Positions 18,449 to 28,091 of a stretch of DNA of 58,830 nt are shown piece by piece. This stretch comes from a virus. Lineage: Duplodnaviria; Caudoviricetes. Position numbers and translations under genes: made by a program. Numbering within the stretch: position 1 is the first letter of the stretch; the number at the start of each line of letters is the position of its first letter. The notes beneath the pieces were generated by a model, which was not told the origin of the DNA, made no database searches, and saw nothing but the letters and a program-made list of their open reading frames with translations. The DNA lies in IMG/VR virus record IMGVR_UViG_3300021344_000002, positions 1-58,830 of that record; one strand, 5' to 3'.

Positions 18449-18794
18449 GTATGCAACAGGTGGCATCATCGACAAAGATGGTCAATGGCATCCCGTGATA
18501 ACGCATGAATACTATCCAGATAGAGAGCTGGTGGTTATCCCGGCAGGTTCATCAATCTTCCCGTCTAATATAGAGGTGCTATGGGAGATTGCGCGGCAAG
18601 TAGCAGAACGGGATTCAGTATTCTTTGATGAGGATGCGTCCTATGATAATTTTCTCTGCCCGTTTTGCAATGGCGGTCAGACCTTTCATGATCATGTGCG
18701 AAAAGAGCCGTTTCCACACTCACCCACTTGCATCGTCACCAAAGCACGGGAGCTTGGGTTGGGCTGGTTGGATACCGACACCAGGGGCTACTGA
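18435..18794 (+). CDS. Hypothetical protein (CPFC..H...C)
   Basis: SD AGGAGG. Confidence 0.6.
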   Translation: MSENKYATGGIIDKDGQWHPVITHEYYPDRELVVIPAGSSIFPSNIEVLWEIARQVAERDSVFFDEDASYDNFLCPFCNGGQTFHDHVRKEPFPHSPTCIVTKARELGLGWLDTDTRGY

Positions 18795-18998
18795 TGAAGA
18801 CAGGGAACTCTATATATCTCTTAGCGACCAGCATACCCATATCATGAGCATTCAAGAGGCTCTAGCACTCTCAGATAGCGAATTGCAACGTCGGATTGAG
18901 GCTGCGATTGGTATGTCATATGCGGAATCTTGCAAATTGCACGGCGTCGATCCTGATACTTTGCCTGTCCAGTATCCTTATGCAGGAGGTGACAAAGA

Positions 18999-20687
18999 GT
19001 GACTACAGCAGCGACACAAGAACAAGTGCTCTATGAGGTAAAGTGGACTCAGGCAACCCGCGATGCTTACCACAAAGAACATCCTGAGAACTTTGCCGGG
19101 CCTGACGGTTCATATCCCATAAAAGATGCCTCTGACGTTGGGGACGCCTGGGGCCTCGCTGGTCATGCTGATAATCCTGATGCTGTGCGCTCTAAGATCA
19201 AGGCGATTGCTAAGCGTCTAGGGCTGACCGGTGGATTGCCCGATACAGCCAAAGATGGTGGCGAGAAGCAAGAGGCTGCAGCTACTATTGCCAGCACGAT
19301 ACGGCGTCCACTCAAGAAGATCGCCACATTGCGCGTCTGCTGGCTAGAGCACAACGCTCGCTCACTCAATGGTCGCATCTATCCCAAAGCCACCTGTGAC
19401 CGGATCTATGAGAGCGCGGTCAAGAAGTTGGCTGCAGATGACTTGCCAATCACTTGCTTTGTGAGCCACGAAGCAGCGAACGGCAACGCAAACACCGAAC
19501 TTGTTGGGCGGGCTGCCCGGATCTGGCAAGAGAATAGCAAGTTCTGGGCTGATCTGGATCTCGCTGATACCAGAACTGCCTGGGATATGTTGGCGCTTGC
19601 TGAAGGTGGCTATCTCCGCTCGGAGAGCATGCGTGTTCTGGGTGTGGAATTGGCGCATGATCGCAGCTACGATCTGCCGCTGGTCATCGTGCAAGAGGGC
19701 GTAGAACCGGAGCTGCTAGGGATCGATTTGACGACCAGGCCGGGACTTATGGATACAGCGCGCATTCAGCAGGTGCTCTATGAATCTGGGAGCCAGGAGC
19801 CGTATACAGAAGCATTTCCCCTGGTGGATTCCGTGCTTGTCCAGGCACTCCACACGACGCGACACGAGAAAGAGGAGACTCGCATGGACGAGATACCGAT
19901 GTATCTCAGAGTGCTTGCTGAGGGCCTTACTGAAGGCATGACTCCTGACAGACAGGCGCATCAGAAGGTGCATGACCATCTGGCCGGTGTGCTCGACGAG
20001 TGCCTGAAACCCATGCATGGCTCTGAGTCTGCGAGGCTCCGTGCACTTGTTGAATCAGAATTGTCTGAGGCTGGCCGGGCACTAGCAATGAAGCACGCCA
20101 GGCGTGTTGCCGCTGCTCATGATGCCAGTGCGCAAACATGCGGCATGGACTGTGCAGGATGCTACAACGAGTCGTTTGGTATTCCACTGGACCCGGACCA
20201 GGACGGTGATACTGATATGGTGATGGTAATCCCTGATGATGATAGCGGCGAGTCAGCTCGTCAGAAAGGACAAGAAGAAATGACTGAAGCAGAGATGTTG
20301 GAGGCATTGAAGGCCAAAGGATACAATGTGGTGCTACCAAAGACGATGCAGGAAGAGGTGGATGAGTTGCGTGCGAAGATTGCTGCGCTGGAGACGCAGC
20401 AATCAGAGGCGTCACAGCGCCAGACACAGGCCCCCAGCGCTATGACAGAGACTTCGACACTCACTCCTGAATCGTTGTACGAAGAAGGTGAGTACTTGGC
20501 CGGGACACTGAAGCCTACCAACTGGAAAGCACTGTCGAATCGTCGCGTGCCCTGGCCGCAAGGCGTCGATCCATCCGTTGCCTTGCACGAACTTGCGCCA
20601 TTTCTGGCCTATCGGTTGCTTGAGACAGAGGCGAACGCAATGGGCCGGGATGTCGGCTCGTTTGTCGCTGCACACGAGCAGGTATAG
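18999..20687 (+). CDS. Prohead protease/scaffold with N-terminal DUF6582-like domain
   Basis: FAGPDGSYPI...IKAIAKRLG; SLNGRIYP, H, SES.R, GIDLTTRPG protease motifs; coiled-coil C-terminus. Confidence 0.75.
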   Translation: MTTAATQEQVLYEVKWTQATRDAYHKEHPENFAGPDGSYPIKDASDVGDAWGLAGHADNPDAVRSKIKAIAKRLGLTGGLPDTAKDGGEKQEAAATIASTIRRPLKKIATLRVCWLEHNARSLNGRIYPKATCDRIYESAVKKLAADDLPITCFVSHEAANGNANTELVGRAARIWQENSKFWADLDLADTRTAWDMLALAEGGYLRSESMRVLGVELAHDRSYDLPLVIVQEGVEPELLGIDLTTRPGLMDTARIQQVLYESGSQEPYTEAFPLVDSVLVQALHTTRHEKEETRMDEIPMYLRVLAEGLTEGMTPDRQAHQKVHDHLAGVLDECLKPMHGSESARLRALVESELSEAGRALAMKHARRVAAAHDASAQTCGMDCAGCYNESFGIPLDPDQDGDTDMVMVIPDDDSGESARQKGQEEMTEAEMLEALKAKGYNVVLPKTMQEEVDELRAKIAALETQQSEASQRQTQAPSAMTETSTLTPESLYEEGEYLAGTLKPTNWKALSNRRVPWPQGVDPSVALHELAPFLAYRLLETEANAMGRDVGSFVAAHEQV

Positions 20688-20690
20688 AGC

Positions 20691-20888
20691 ATGAGCAACA
20701 CGCCGGGATATCGAATGGAATGCCCTGTATGGTATCGCCACACCTTTACTATTGTTCCTGGGGGAATAGAAGTGAAGTGTAAGTCATGTCGCGGCGGTGC
20801 TGCTCATTTCTACTCGCGAGAAGAGTTAGAGCAAAAGTGGGAAGCGCTAGAAAAACAAAGGCAGGAGACACCTACTAAAGTATCGTAG
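20691..20888 (+). CDS. Mu Com-like zinc-ribbon regulator
   Basis: ECP..(x)..GIEVKCKSCR. Confidence 0.5.
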   Translation: MSNTPGYRMECPVWYRHTFTIVPGGIEVKCKSCRGGAAHFYSREELEQKWEALEKQRQETPTKVS

Positions 20889-20944
20889 ATAGGCTATAAT
20901 ACTTATAATGAAATGATCGTAGGCTACTAGGCTGTACAGCCACT

Positions 20945-20989
20945 AGGCCAATTCGTTCGATGAGTTTTCGACGGATTGGCCTTTTTGTT
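20945..20989 (+). terminator. Intrinsic terminator directly before the capsid gene, overlapped by a TAGGC repeat
   Basis: AGGCCAATTCGT/ACGGATTGGCCT stem followed by TTTTGTT. Confidence 0.65.
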
Positions 20990-21006
20990 GCCAATCCTCG
21001 CCAGAG

Positions 21007-22470
21007 GTGACAACAGTGGCTACACTACGACAGATACAAGAGACGCTCTCACAAACGAGCGGTGCTCAGTACTTATACCAGCCGGTGATTGATCGGGCCC
21101 TATTCGAGGCAACGCGCAAATTCACCGCGACCCGAACACTGTTTCCACGGCGTACATGGAATACGCCGACCTACATATTCAATAAAAGAACCAACTACCC
21201 TGCGACGCGCATGGTCGTTGAAGCACCGCCCACGTCAGGCACTGGCTCGTCTGCTGCCACCTCGTCCAACTATACGCAGATCAGTTACGCAATCAAGCAC
21301 TGGCAATCCAACATGGACCTGGCAAAGTTCAGCATCCAGATTGCGCGTGTCAACGGTGACCTGATGCAATTGGAACTACAGGCGGCCAGTGAGTCTGCTA
21401 TGTGGTTCGAGGAAGCCTTAAACTTCTATGGCTCCTTGGGTGCGACAGCGAACACCTACCGCCCGGCCTGGGATGGTACCGATCTCTTGATGGCAGTCGG
21501 CAACAAGACCATTGCCAACGCAGCGCCGTCCTTTGCGCTCTTTGACGCCCTGATCGATGCAAACAAACGGAGTTTAGGCTCGGCGCTTGGCTCTAACTAC
21601 GCCTTCGTGCTCTCTCCTGAAATGCTCTCGATTTGTGGCAGATTGTTCGTCCAGGACATGAGGTGGATGGGGAAGATGACCCTGTACCCCCGCGACGACC
21701 GGGGGCAGCTCAACGGTCAGATCACCGACAACAAGAACTATATCGATGGTGGCCTGGAGGTCTCAACGTATCGCGGTGTACCGTTCCTGGAAAGTTCGTT
21801 CTTGACATCGCTGGGAACGATGGGCACTGTGACCGCTGCCTCGCCGACAGGTAGCGACGGGGTTATTGCTACTGGCACGTACTACTATGCAGTGGAGTGT
21901 CTGACCGACTACGGCTTGACATTGGCTGCGGAAACTACACAGGTTTCAATCACTCTAGGCCAGCACGTCGTCCTTACCTGGAGCGCACCAACTATCCTTG
22001 ATGCCAACGGGAACACACGGCAGAATCTGCTCTATCGCATCCACCGTACCACTGCCAATGGCGCAGCGGGTACCGAGACACTGTATGCAGTGGTATCGGC
22101 GACCACCTACGCTGCCGATGATCCTACGGCCAGTGTGACCTTCACCGATACCGGTGCAGTGCTTACTGCGGCCTCAACGTATAACACGGCCTCCGTCTTC
22201 AATGCCATCACGGTGAACGCCGCCTCCAGTGTGGCGATCCCTGACGCAGCGACCACTCCGCGCATCAGCTCCTCGCACAACCTGCAAGACATCTTTTTGC
22301 TACCACGTGACCCGGACATTTTGTGTGTTCCGGTGGTGAATGAAATGCAGACCGTGCCATTGGCGCTCATCAATGCCAGGACGCAACAGGTCGCACTCAC
22401 TGGGGACCAGGTGCTGGCCGTTCGTGGTCCTGGCTTCATGTCCAAAGCATCCAGCGTCTACAGCGCCTAG
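21007..22470 (+). CDS. Major capsid protein with inserted beta-sandwich domain (start possibly GTG 21016)
   Basis: Position; EEALNFYG..DG, VSTYRGVPFLES; insert GTYYYAV..LTWSAP..YRIHRT..FTDTG. Confidence 0.8.
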   Translation: MTTVATLRQIQETLSQTSGAQYLYQPVIDRALFEATRKFTATRTLFPRRTWNTPTYIFNKRTNYPATRMVVEAPPTSGTGSSAATSSNYTQISYAIKHWQSNMDLAKFSIQIARVNGDLMQLELQAASESAMWFEEALNFYGSLGATANTYRPAWDGTDLLMAVGNKTIANAAPSFALFDALIDANKRSLGSALGSNYAFVLSPEMLSICGRLFVQDMRWMGKMTLYPRDDRGQLNGQITDNKNYIDGGLEVSTYRGVPFLESSFLTSLGTMGTVTAASPTGSDGVIATGTYYYAVECLTDYGLTLAAETTQVSITLGQHVVLTWSAPTILDANGNTRQNLLYRIHRTTANGAAGTETLYAVVSATTYAADDPTASVTFTDTGAVLTAASTYNTASVFNAITVNAASSVAIPDAATTPRISSSHNLQDIFLLPRDPDILCVPVVNEMQTVPLALINARTQQVALTGDQVLAVRGPGFMSKASSVYSA

Positions 22471-22496
22471 TAGCAGGAGAAGGAAGGGAGACGATC

Positions 22497-23630
22497 ATGG
22501 CATTACCAGCATCTCAGCCAATTGATGGCAACGGGCGCACGATTGAGTTTGACGGATGGGACGCAACGAATAACCAGTATGTTGTATCCGAGAATGTTGC
22601 AGGCACTGCGGCGGTAGGCCAGCCATTCGCCTATGCCGCAAGAAAAGTTGCAATCTCGTCGGTCAATTCAGGGCTAGCAGTCAATACGCCTGCTATTGTG
22701 CAGAAGGCAGGCAGCGCCAGTACTGGGAGTGTGGCAACGCTCGCGCAAGCCTTCACGAATGCGCCAAACGTTGCCGGGAACTCCATTATTGTCGTGGCCG
22801 CTTGTGGCAACGGTACGGCGATGACTGTTGCCGACGCCCTCGGCAACACGTACACACAAGCCATCACGGCTCCAAACAGTACGACATTTGAGACCGCCAT
22901 CTTCTATGCGGTCAACATCCTGGGTGGTGTGAACACGGTCACAGTGACCAATGCAGGCACAGCGGCCTCTATGGGCGTGGAGATCTACGAGGTCAGTGGA
23001 CTGATCGCACAGGCAAAGGCGCAACCCGATCAATCGTCACTAGGAACCGGGACCGGGACAACGGCCTCCACGTCTGCCCTCGCTGCTTCCACCTCCAACG
23101 CACTCGCATTCATGGGCGTGGCGGTTGGCACGACAGCCGAGGCGATTACGGCAGTGACCGGCACGCCCTGGACAGTGGATGCCTCACTGAACACGACCAC
23201 ACCATCCGGGCTGTTCTCTTTCGGGTCATTGTCACTGTATCTGGGGAATACAACTGCTGTGATCCCGCAGGCAACCATCGCTGCATCAAAAGCGTGGGCA
23301 GCAGCAGCGGCAATCTTCAAGCCGGTTGTGTTGGGCGTGCAAGGCACTGTGACCATCGGTGGCTACAACTATACTCGCGTGACCACTGCTGCCACGACGT
23401 TGGTAAAAACCGGTGCAGGGGTATTACATGCGGTCGCCGTGAATACGCCAACTTCAACGAGCACCATTGAACTGGATGACGCACTCACCAATACCACGCC
23501 GATTATCGGGAAGATGCTTTTTGCTGCGGCAATACCGCCGTTCACCGTGGTCTATGACGTGGCATTCTCAACCGGACTCAGTGTTACCGTAGGTGTGGCG
23601 ACGGTGGACGCTACGATCATCTGGAAGTAG
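22497..23630 (+). CDS. Virion structural/decoration protein (A/T/G-rich, beta-rich)
   Basis: Follows the capsid gene; C-terminal domain resembles that of 32974..33708. Confidence 0.65.
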   Translation: MALPASQPIDGNGRTIEFDGWDATNNQYVVSENVAGTAAVGQPFAYAARKVAISSVNSGLAVNTPAIVQKAGSASTGSVATLAQAFTNAPNVAGNSIIVVAACGNGTAMTVADALGNTYTQAITAPNSTTFETAIFYAVNILGGVNTVTVTNAGTAASMGVEIYEVSGLIAQAKAQPDQSSLGTGTGTTASTSALAASTSNALAFMGVAVGTTAEAITAVTGTPWTVDASLNTTTPSGLFSFGSLSLYLGNTTAVIPQATIAASKAWAAAAAIFKPVVLGVQGTVTIGGYNYTRVTTAATTLVKTGAGVLHAVAVNTPTSTSTIELDDALTNTTPIIGKMLFAAAIPPFTVVYDVAFSTGLSVTVGVATVDATIIWK

Positions 23631-23636
23631 GAACGT

Positions 23637-23885
23637 ATGTCGATCTTGCTCATCTGTCGGAATGCTAGCGCCATCATCACGCTTGAAGCTGAACATGGTG
23701 TATCGGTGTCCAGGCGTCACTATCCTGTCAGGGATCACATAGCAGTCCTTGATGGTTATCCTGACGCGGTGCTGAAGCACGATGCTGATGCCTTATTGGC
23801 GCAAGAAGCCTATCGCTTACCGACACCCGATGAGCAAGAACGTTTCACGCAGGCACAGCGAGCAAGATCGATGATCCAGGAGTAG
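23637..23885 (+). CDS. Hypothetical virion-region protein
   Basis: SD AGGAA; operon. Confidence 0.6.
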   Translation: MSILLICRNASAIITLEAEHGVSVSRRHYPVRDHIAVLDGYPDAVLKHDADALLAQEAYRLPTPDEQERFTQAQRARSMIQE

Positions 23886-23887
23886 CG

Positions 23888-24826
23888 ATGCCACGGATAT
23901 ACGTCTCACCAGGACAATTTAGTCTGTACCCGCAGGCGTTCACGTTCGCCTCGCAAATCACGCAGATGTCGGCGCTTGTGGGCACGATGGATATGCTCAT
24001 GGCAAGAGCTAGTAGGAGAGTCGATAATTATGCGCGAAAAAGAATAGTCCAGGCCGGTAGCACTACGGTCGGTGTCGGTGGCATTGCTGCCGGTGGAACA
24101 TCTTTGCCGGTCACCAGCACACTCGGCTTCGATAATGGGCAAGAGCAGGCCGTGATCATCGGTTCTGGCGGCACACAGGAAATCATTGCTCTCACGCCAG
24201 GCGGCGTCCAGGTCGCGAACTGGTCAGGTGTCTATCCTGGTACGCTTACGCTCGCACAGGGGACACTCTATAGCCATAGTGCAGGCGAGGCCGTCCAGGG
24301 CTGCTATCAAGAAGTGAGTACCGTAGGTAGCAGTGGTAGCAGTGATGTATATAGTGAGTCATTGCTTGCGCTCAATCAGGCCGCGCAGCTCGCACAGGCC
24401 CACGCGCCACACTTCGATACGAGTGGACTGGTGAGGGTCATTTTCTTGAAGTGCTATCCCATCGTGCCGCCAATTCTGAAGATGGAACACATGCTACCCA
24501 TCGATAGCCAATATTCAACGCTGGGTGCGTCACAGGTCGGTATCCAGACAGCATCGGGCTATCTACGCTTGCCCATCGGTAGTTTTGTCTTGCCTGAAGG
24601 TTTGTTTCGCACGACCTACAGGGCAGGATTTGCTTATCCACCGGATGATATCCAGCAAGCAACCGCGCTCTATGCGGCTGACGAACTTCAAAGCGTGAGT
24701 AGTCAAGGGGCATATGAGGTTCAGATGGGGAAAAGGCGAGTCAAATACGCACAGGTGACGAAGTCAAGATTTCAAATGCAAGCTGAAGACTTAATCGACT
24801 CAGGCAACTACAGGAGGAGGACGTAA
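23888..24826 (+). CDS. Head-tail adaptor with inserted domain
   Basis: ASRRVDNY, TYRAGF..PPDDIQQAT, YRRR terminus. Confidence 0.7.
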   Translation: MPRIYVSPGQFSLYPQAFTFASQITQMSALVGTMDMLMARASRRVDNYARKRIVQAGSTTVGVGGIAAGGTSLPVTSTLGFDNGQEQAVIIGSGGTQEIIALTPGGVQVANWSGVYPGTLTLAQGTLYSHSAGEAVQGCYQEVSTVGSSGSSDVYSESLLALNQAAQLAQAHAPHFDTSGLVRVIFLKCYPIVPPILKMEHMLPIDSQYSTLGASQVGIQTASGYLRLPIGSFVLPEGLFRTTYRAGFAYPPDDIQQATALYAADELQSVSSQGAYEVQMGKRRVKYAQVTKSRFQMQAEDLIDSGNYRRRT

Positions 24827-25215
24827 TGGGCCTTGGGCAGGTTCCCCTTGACAATAATGGTAGGTCTGCCTCTGCTGGCTACGATCCATCAGGACATCAG
24901 ATCGCTACCTTACAAGTAGTGAGCGTCCAGACAGATAGCGCAACAGGCGTGCTGTATGGGGTCCTTGCGTCGTCAGTATTGCCTCAGTTGGTGTGCGTCG
25001 CCTCGAAGATCACTGGCAAAGTATGGCAGAGTGGAACCGCAGAACCCTCTGGATGGAATATGAGCGTGACGGATACCGCCGTAGCATCTGGTGGATTCGC
25101 CATTTTAGGGCAGACCAATGGAGGATCAACCGGTATCCAATTCGACAATTTCTCAGCCGTACCATTCGCGTCGATCGTTCGTGCACCTTCTCGCATACAG
25201 AGGAGGTTCGCATGA
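24826..25215 (+). CDS. Small structural protein: N-terminal anchor plus C-terminal part of a lectin-like domain
   Basis: PLDNNGR resembles PIDGNGR of 22497; GKVWQSGTAEPSGW..D..SGGF..FDNF. Confidence 0.55.
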   Translation: MGLGQVPLDNNGRSASAGYDPSGHQIATLQVVSVQTDSATGVLYGVLASSVLPQLVCVASKITGKVWQSGTAEPSGWNMSVTDTAVASGGFAILGQTNGGSTGIQFDNFSAVPFASIVRAPSRIQRRFA

Positions 25216-25514
25216 GCAGTGATATTGTCGTTAAAGTGCTACGAGCGGGTACCGTGATCTATCCCAATGTATCCATGCAAAAAGACAATATGAGCCAACA
25301 AGAAGCAGCATACTACGGCGGTGCCGCGCCTTATCAGCGTTATGCAATGTATCCGCTGGCAAATCTGACCATTCTGCAACAGGATCTCCTGGTGGATCTA
25401 CATAACGCCGACCCGAAAACTGACACATTTGCACAATATCGTGTGATCAATGACCCTGAGCCATTTCCCGACAATCACATGGAACTGGTGGTAGACAAGG
25501 TCAGGGGGACGTAA
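25212..25514 (+). CDS. Head-closure-like protein
   Basis: Position; ILQQDLLVD..YRVI..PE.F..HMEL. Confidence 0.55.
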   Translation: MSSDIVVKVLRAGTVIYPNVSMQKDNMSQQEAAYYGGAAPYQRYAMYPLANLTILQQDLLVDLHNADPKTDTFAQYRVINDPEPFPDNHMELVVDKVRGT

Positions 25515-25515
25515 C

Positions 25516-25995
25516 ATGCCGCTAGCCAGTTCACCAAATACCCTCGCCGTAGCTCAAGCCATACAAACCTACATGACAGCGCTTACCATCGGCGGGAATC
25601 CGGCCTACAGTCTCGTTGCACTCGGCGAGATCAAAGATGTGACGGACAGAGTAGCAAATGGCTCGGTATGTCTGGAGATCTACGGTGGTGATGACGACTC
25701 ACAGCACTATGCGTTTGGCGGCGAGATCACAGATGACCAGTCCTGGTACCTATTGTCGATGACCAGCCTCGACAATTCGCAGGCGGCAGAGCAATTGCTC
25801 TACGCGGTGCGTGATGCGCTGGTGAAACCCATCCAGGAACATATCACGCTGGGAAGTGCCGGGAATATCTATTTCTCGCAGATCAAACCCAAGAGCGGCA
25901 AATTTTTTGACCTGGACCGCAATGGGATATGGGTACGGGCACATGTACTGGAGGTGTTCACCTCCAGCTTATGGCAAGTCACATTGACGCAATAA
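25516..25995 (+). CDS. Tail terminator-like protein
   Basis: Neck-module position and size. Confidence 0.5.
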   Translation: MPLASSPNTLAVAQAIQTYMTALTIGGNPAYSLVALGEIKDVTDRVANGSVCLEIYGGDDDSQHYAFGGEITDDQSWYLLSMTSLDNSQAAEQLLYAVRDALVKPIQEHITLGSAGNIYFSQIKPKSGKFFDLDRNGIWVRAHVLEVFTSSLWQVTLTQ

Positions 25996-26007
25996 GGAGG
26001 CGTAGCG

Positions 26008-26379
26008 ATGGCTGACAGTGTATCGGTCGAATGGGAAGGTCTTGCCGAATGGGAGGCTAAGATAGCAAGCTTGCGGCAACGTGTGCCTGAACAGGCCAAA
26101 GAGATCATGGCAGGCATCGGGGCAGATGCAAAAGATGTGATGCGCGAGAGCACGCCGGTGTGGCGGGGGAAGGTTGATAGGTGGCATCAACCCGGCAAAC
26201 TGAAGGAAGGCGATACGCTCACGCAGACCGAGGATGGCTTTGAGTTATCAAATGCAGTGAAATACGCGCCATTTGTCGAGAAGGGTACACGCAAGATGGC
26301 GGCGGAACCGTTCTTGAAGCCAGCCGCTGACTTTGCAAAACAGGAGATGCAAAGTCGTCTCCCGAAAGCACTTGAGTAA
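26008..26379 (+). CDS. HK97 gp10-family neck protein
   Basis: TPV..G.L, YAPFVEKGTRKMAAEPFLKPA. Confidence 0.85.
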   Translation: MADSVSVEWEGLAEWEAKIASLRQRVPEQAKEIMAGIGADAKDVMRESTPVWRGKVDRWHQPGKLKEGDTLTQTEDGFELSNAVKYAPFVEKGTRKMAAEPFLKPAADFAKQEMQSRLPKALE

Positions 26380-26394
26380 GAGGAGTATGCAGCT

Positions 26395-26784
26395 ATGCCC
26401 ACATATCCAACACCGGGAATTGGCGGCCAGGTGAAGAAAGCCAGTACTGTCATCGGCAACATTACGCAATGGGACGGTGGGCCTCAAGCGGAGCTTGCCA
26501 ACACGACATCATTTGGCGCATCAGGGAGCTACGAGACCCATGTGACCTGCATCCTGAAATGGAGCTTTAAATTCAATGGATCGACCGATATCAGTGATGC
26601 ATCGCAGGCGGCGATGCACAATGGCATCGGAGCTACAGATACCTATAACTTTTGGATTGATGCCACTCATTATTGGAGTGGCACAGCTATCTTGAACAAG
26701 ATTATGGACAAAGCCAATGCGCAAAAAGGCGTCGTTGGCTCTGAGTATGACCTGACAGGCACTGGCCCGCTGGTCTGGAACTAG
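26395..26784 (+). CDS. Tail tube protein
   Basis: TTSFG, WS...G, YWSGTA, LTGTGPL. Confidence 0.75.
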   Translation: MPTYPTPGIGGQVKKASTVIGNITQWDGGPQAELANTTSFGASGSYETHVTCILKWSFKFNGSTDISDASQAAMHNGIGATDTYNFWIDATHYWSGTAILNKIMDKANAQKGVVGSEYDLTGTGPLVWN

Positions 26785-26797
26785 TGAGGTGTAGGCG

Positions 26798-27439
26798 ATG
26801 ACATATCCTATTGCCGCGGTCGTCGGCGGCGATGTCTGGACGACGGGCACGCCAAGCATCGCACTTTCGTCGCCTGAGTCGTGCACCGATAGCGGTGATC
26901 ATACAAATTATCAAGCGTCGGTGCATATCGCGTGGGACTGGACACAAACGCTCACGATTCAGAACTCACCGAATGGCAGCTCGTCCTGGGTGACAGTGAC
27001 GGATTACGTGTTCCAGTGGGCAACCGGGAAGGTCGTGTTTAACACACCGCGCGTTCCTGGCACCAACGCCTTTACTAGGATCTCCGCTGGCAACTACTAT
27101 ACCGCGACGCAGCTTGATGCTACCTATGAGTATCAGGTGACTGTTGAGGCAAAACTCAAGGATACGACGACCTTCCAGGCCCCTAGCGGCTACCAACAGA
27201 ACACCGGTACGACCCTGGATGCTAAAGGCAAAATAATGACGTACCGCAATGACAACCGCATTTTTAGCGTGCTAGGGAAGCTTGTACTCGTCCAGCTTTT
27301 TCTGAACAAGGCAAATAATGTGCGCTGGCAGTGTTTCTGCATTATAGAAAGTCCGAAAGATGACGTGAAAGTCGAGGGCATCGAAACACAGGCAATCACG
27401 TTTACCAGCGTGCGTGATGTCTATTTCTTAACGTCGTAG
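26798..27439 (+). CDS. Second tail-tube-like protein with N-terminal extra domain
   Basis: C-terminal DTTTF..GY...G...K...V.GIETQAITF. Confidence 0.5.
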   Translation: MTYPIAAVVGGDVWTTGTPSIALSSPESCTDSGDHTNYQASVHIAWDWTQTLTIQNSPNGSSSWVTVTDYVFQWATGKVVFNTPRVPGTNAFTRISAGNYYTATQLDATYEYQVTVEAKLKDTTTFQAPSGYQQNTGTTLDAKGKIMTYRNDNRIFSVLGKLVLVQLFLNKANNVRWQCFCIIESPKDDVKVEGIETQAITFTSVRDVYFLTS

Positions 27440-27448
27440 AGGGAATGC

Positions 27449-27946
27449 ATGGAAGATACTACAAAATCTGAAATAACCGATGAAACAAACGAAATAATCG
27501 AATTTACTAGTGAAGTCGAGGCACGTGCTCACCTCTTTCAGCGCAAGAATAAGCGCAAAGAGATCGTTGTACCTGTTCCTGAGTGGAACATGAAAGTACT
27601 GCTTTGCGCGTTTTCCGGTACGTGCCGCAGTGAGTACTACGCGTTTAACGCGGATGTTACAGAACATCACAAGGGAACAGGTGAATTTGCCAAGCGGCTG
27701 TGGTTTGAGCAGGTAAGACTCGGCTGCTTTCACTCAGGGACACACAAACCAATTTTTCAAGCGGCAGATCGAGATATGTTCATGGATGACGAGGATGGAG
27801 CCGTGATCGAGCGGTTGGCTGCGATGGTACGTGAGATTAGCGATCTTAACAGTGACGTGACCGCTGAAGCCAAAAAAAAATTACAAGCCATCCAGAACTC
27901 TACCGCTATTATCAGCTCGCAGAACGGTTTGACTGCGAACGTATAG
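27449..27946 (+). CDS. Tail assembly chaperone (gpG-like)
   Basis: VPEW..KV, PIF...D, EAKKK before the slippery run. Confidence 0.8.
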   Translation: MEDTTKSEITDETNEIIEFTSEVEARAHLFQRKNKRKEIVVPVPEWNMKVLLCAFSGTCRSEYYAFNADVTEHHKGTGEFAKRLWFEQVRLGCFHSGTHKPIFQAADRDMFMDDEDGAVIERLAAMVREISDLNSDVTAEAKKKLQAIQNSTAIISSQNGLTANV

Positions 27947-28086
27947 ACGAACTGCTAGAGCGACTATCAATCGATGACCTCATTGGATGGATGGCTTACT
28001 TAGAGCTGAGTGAGCTGAGAGATCAGATGCGCCTGGTCGATGCGCTGTCTGTAGTATTATCGCAATTGCCACGAAGAGAAGAATAA
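27449..28086 (+). CDS. Tail assembly chaperone gpGT-like, via programmed -1 frameshift at the A9 run 27872-27880
   Basis: -1 frame is open: ITSHPELYRYYQLAERF..IDELLERLSIDDLIGWMAYLEL..REE stop 28086, just before the tape measure. Confidence 0.8.
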
Positions 28087-28091
28087 AGAGC

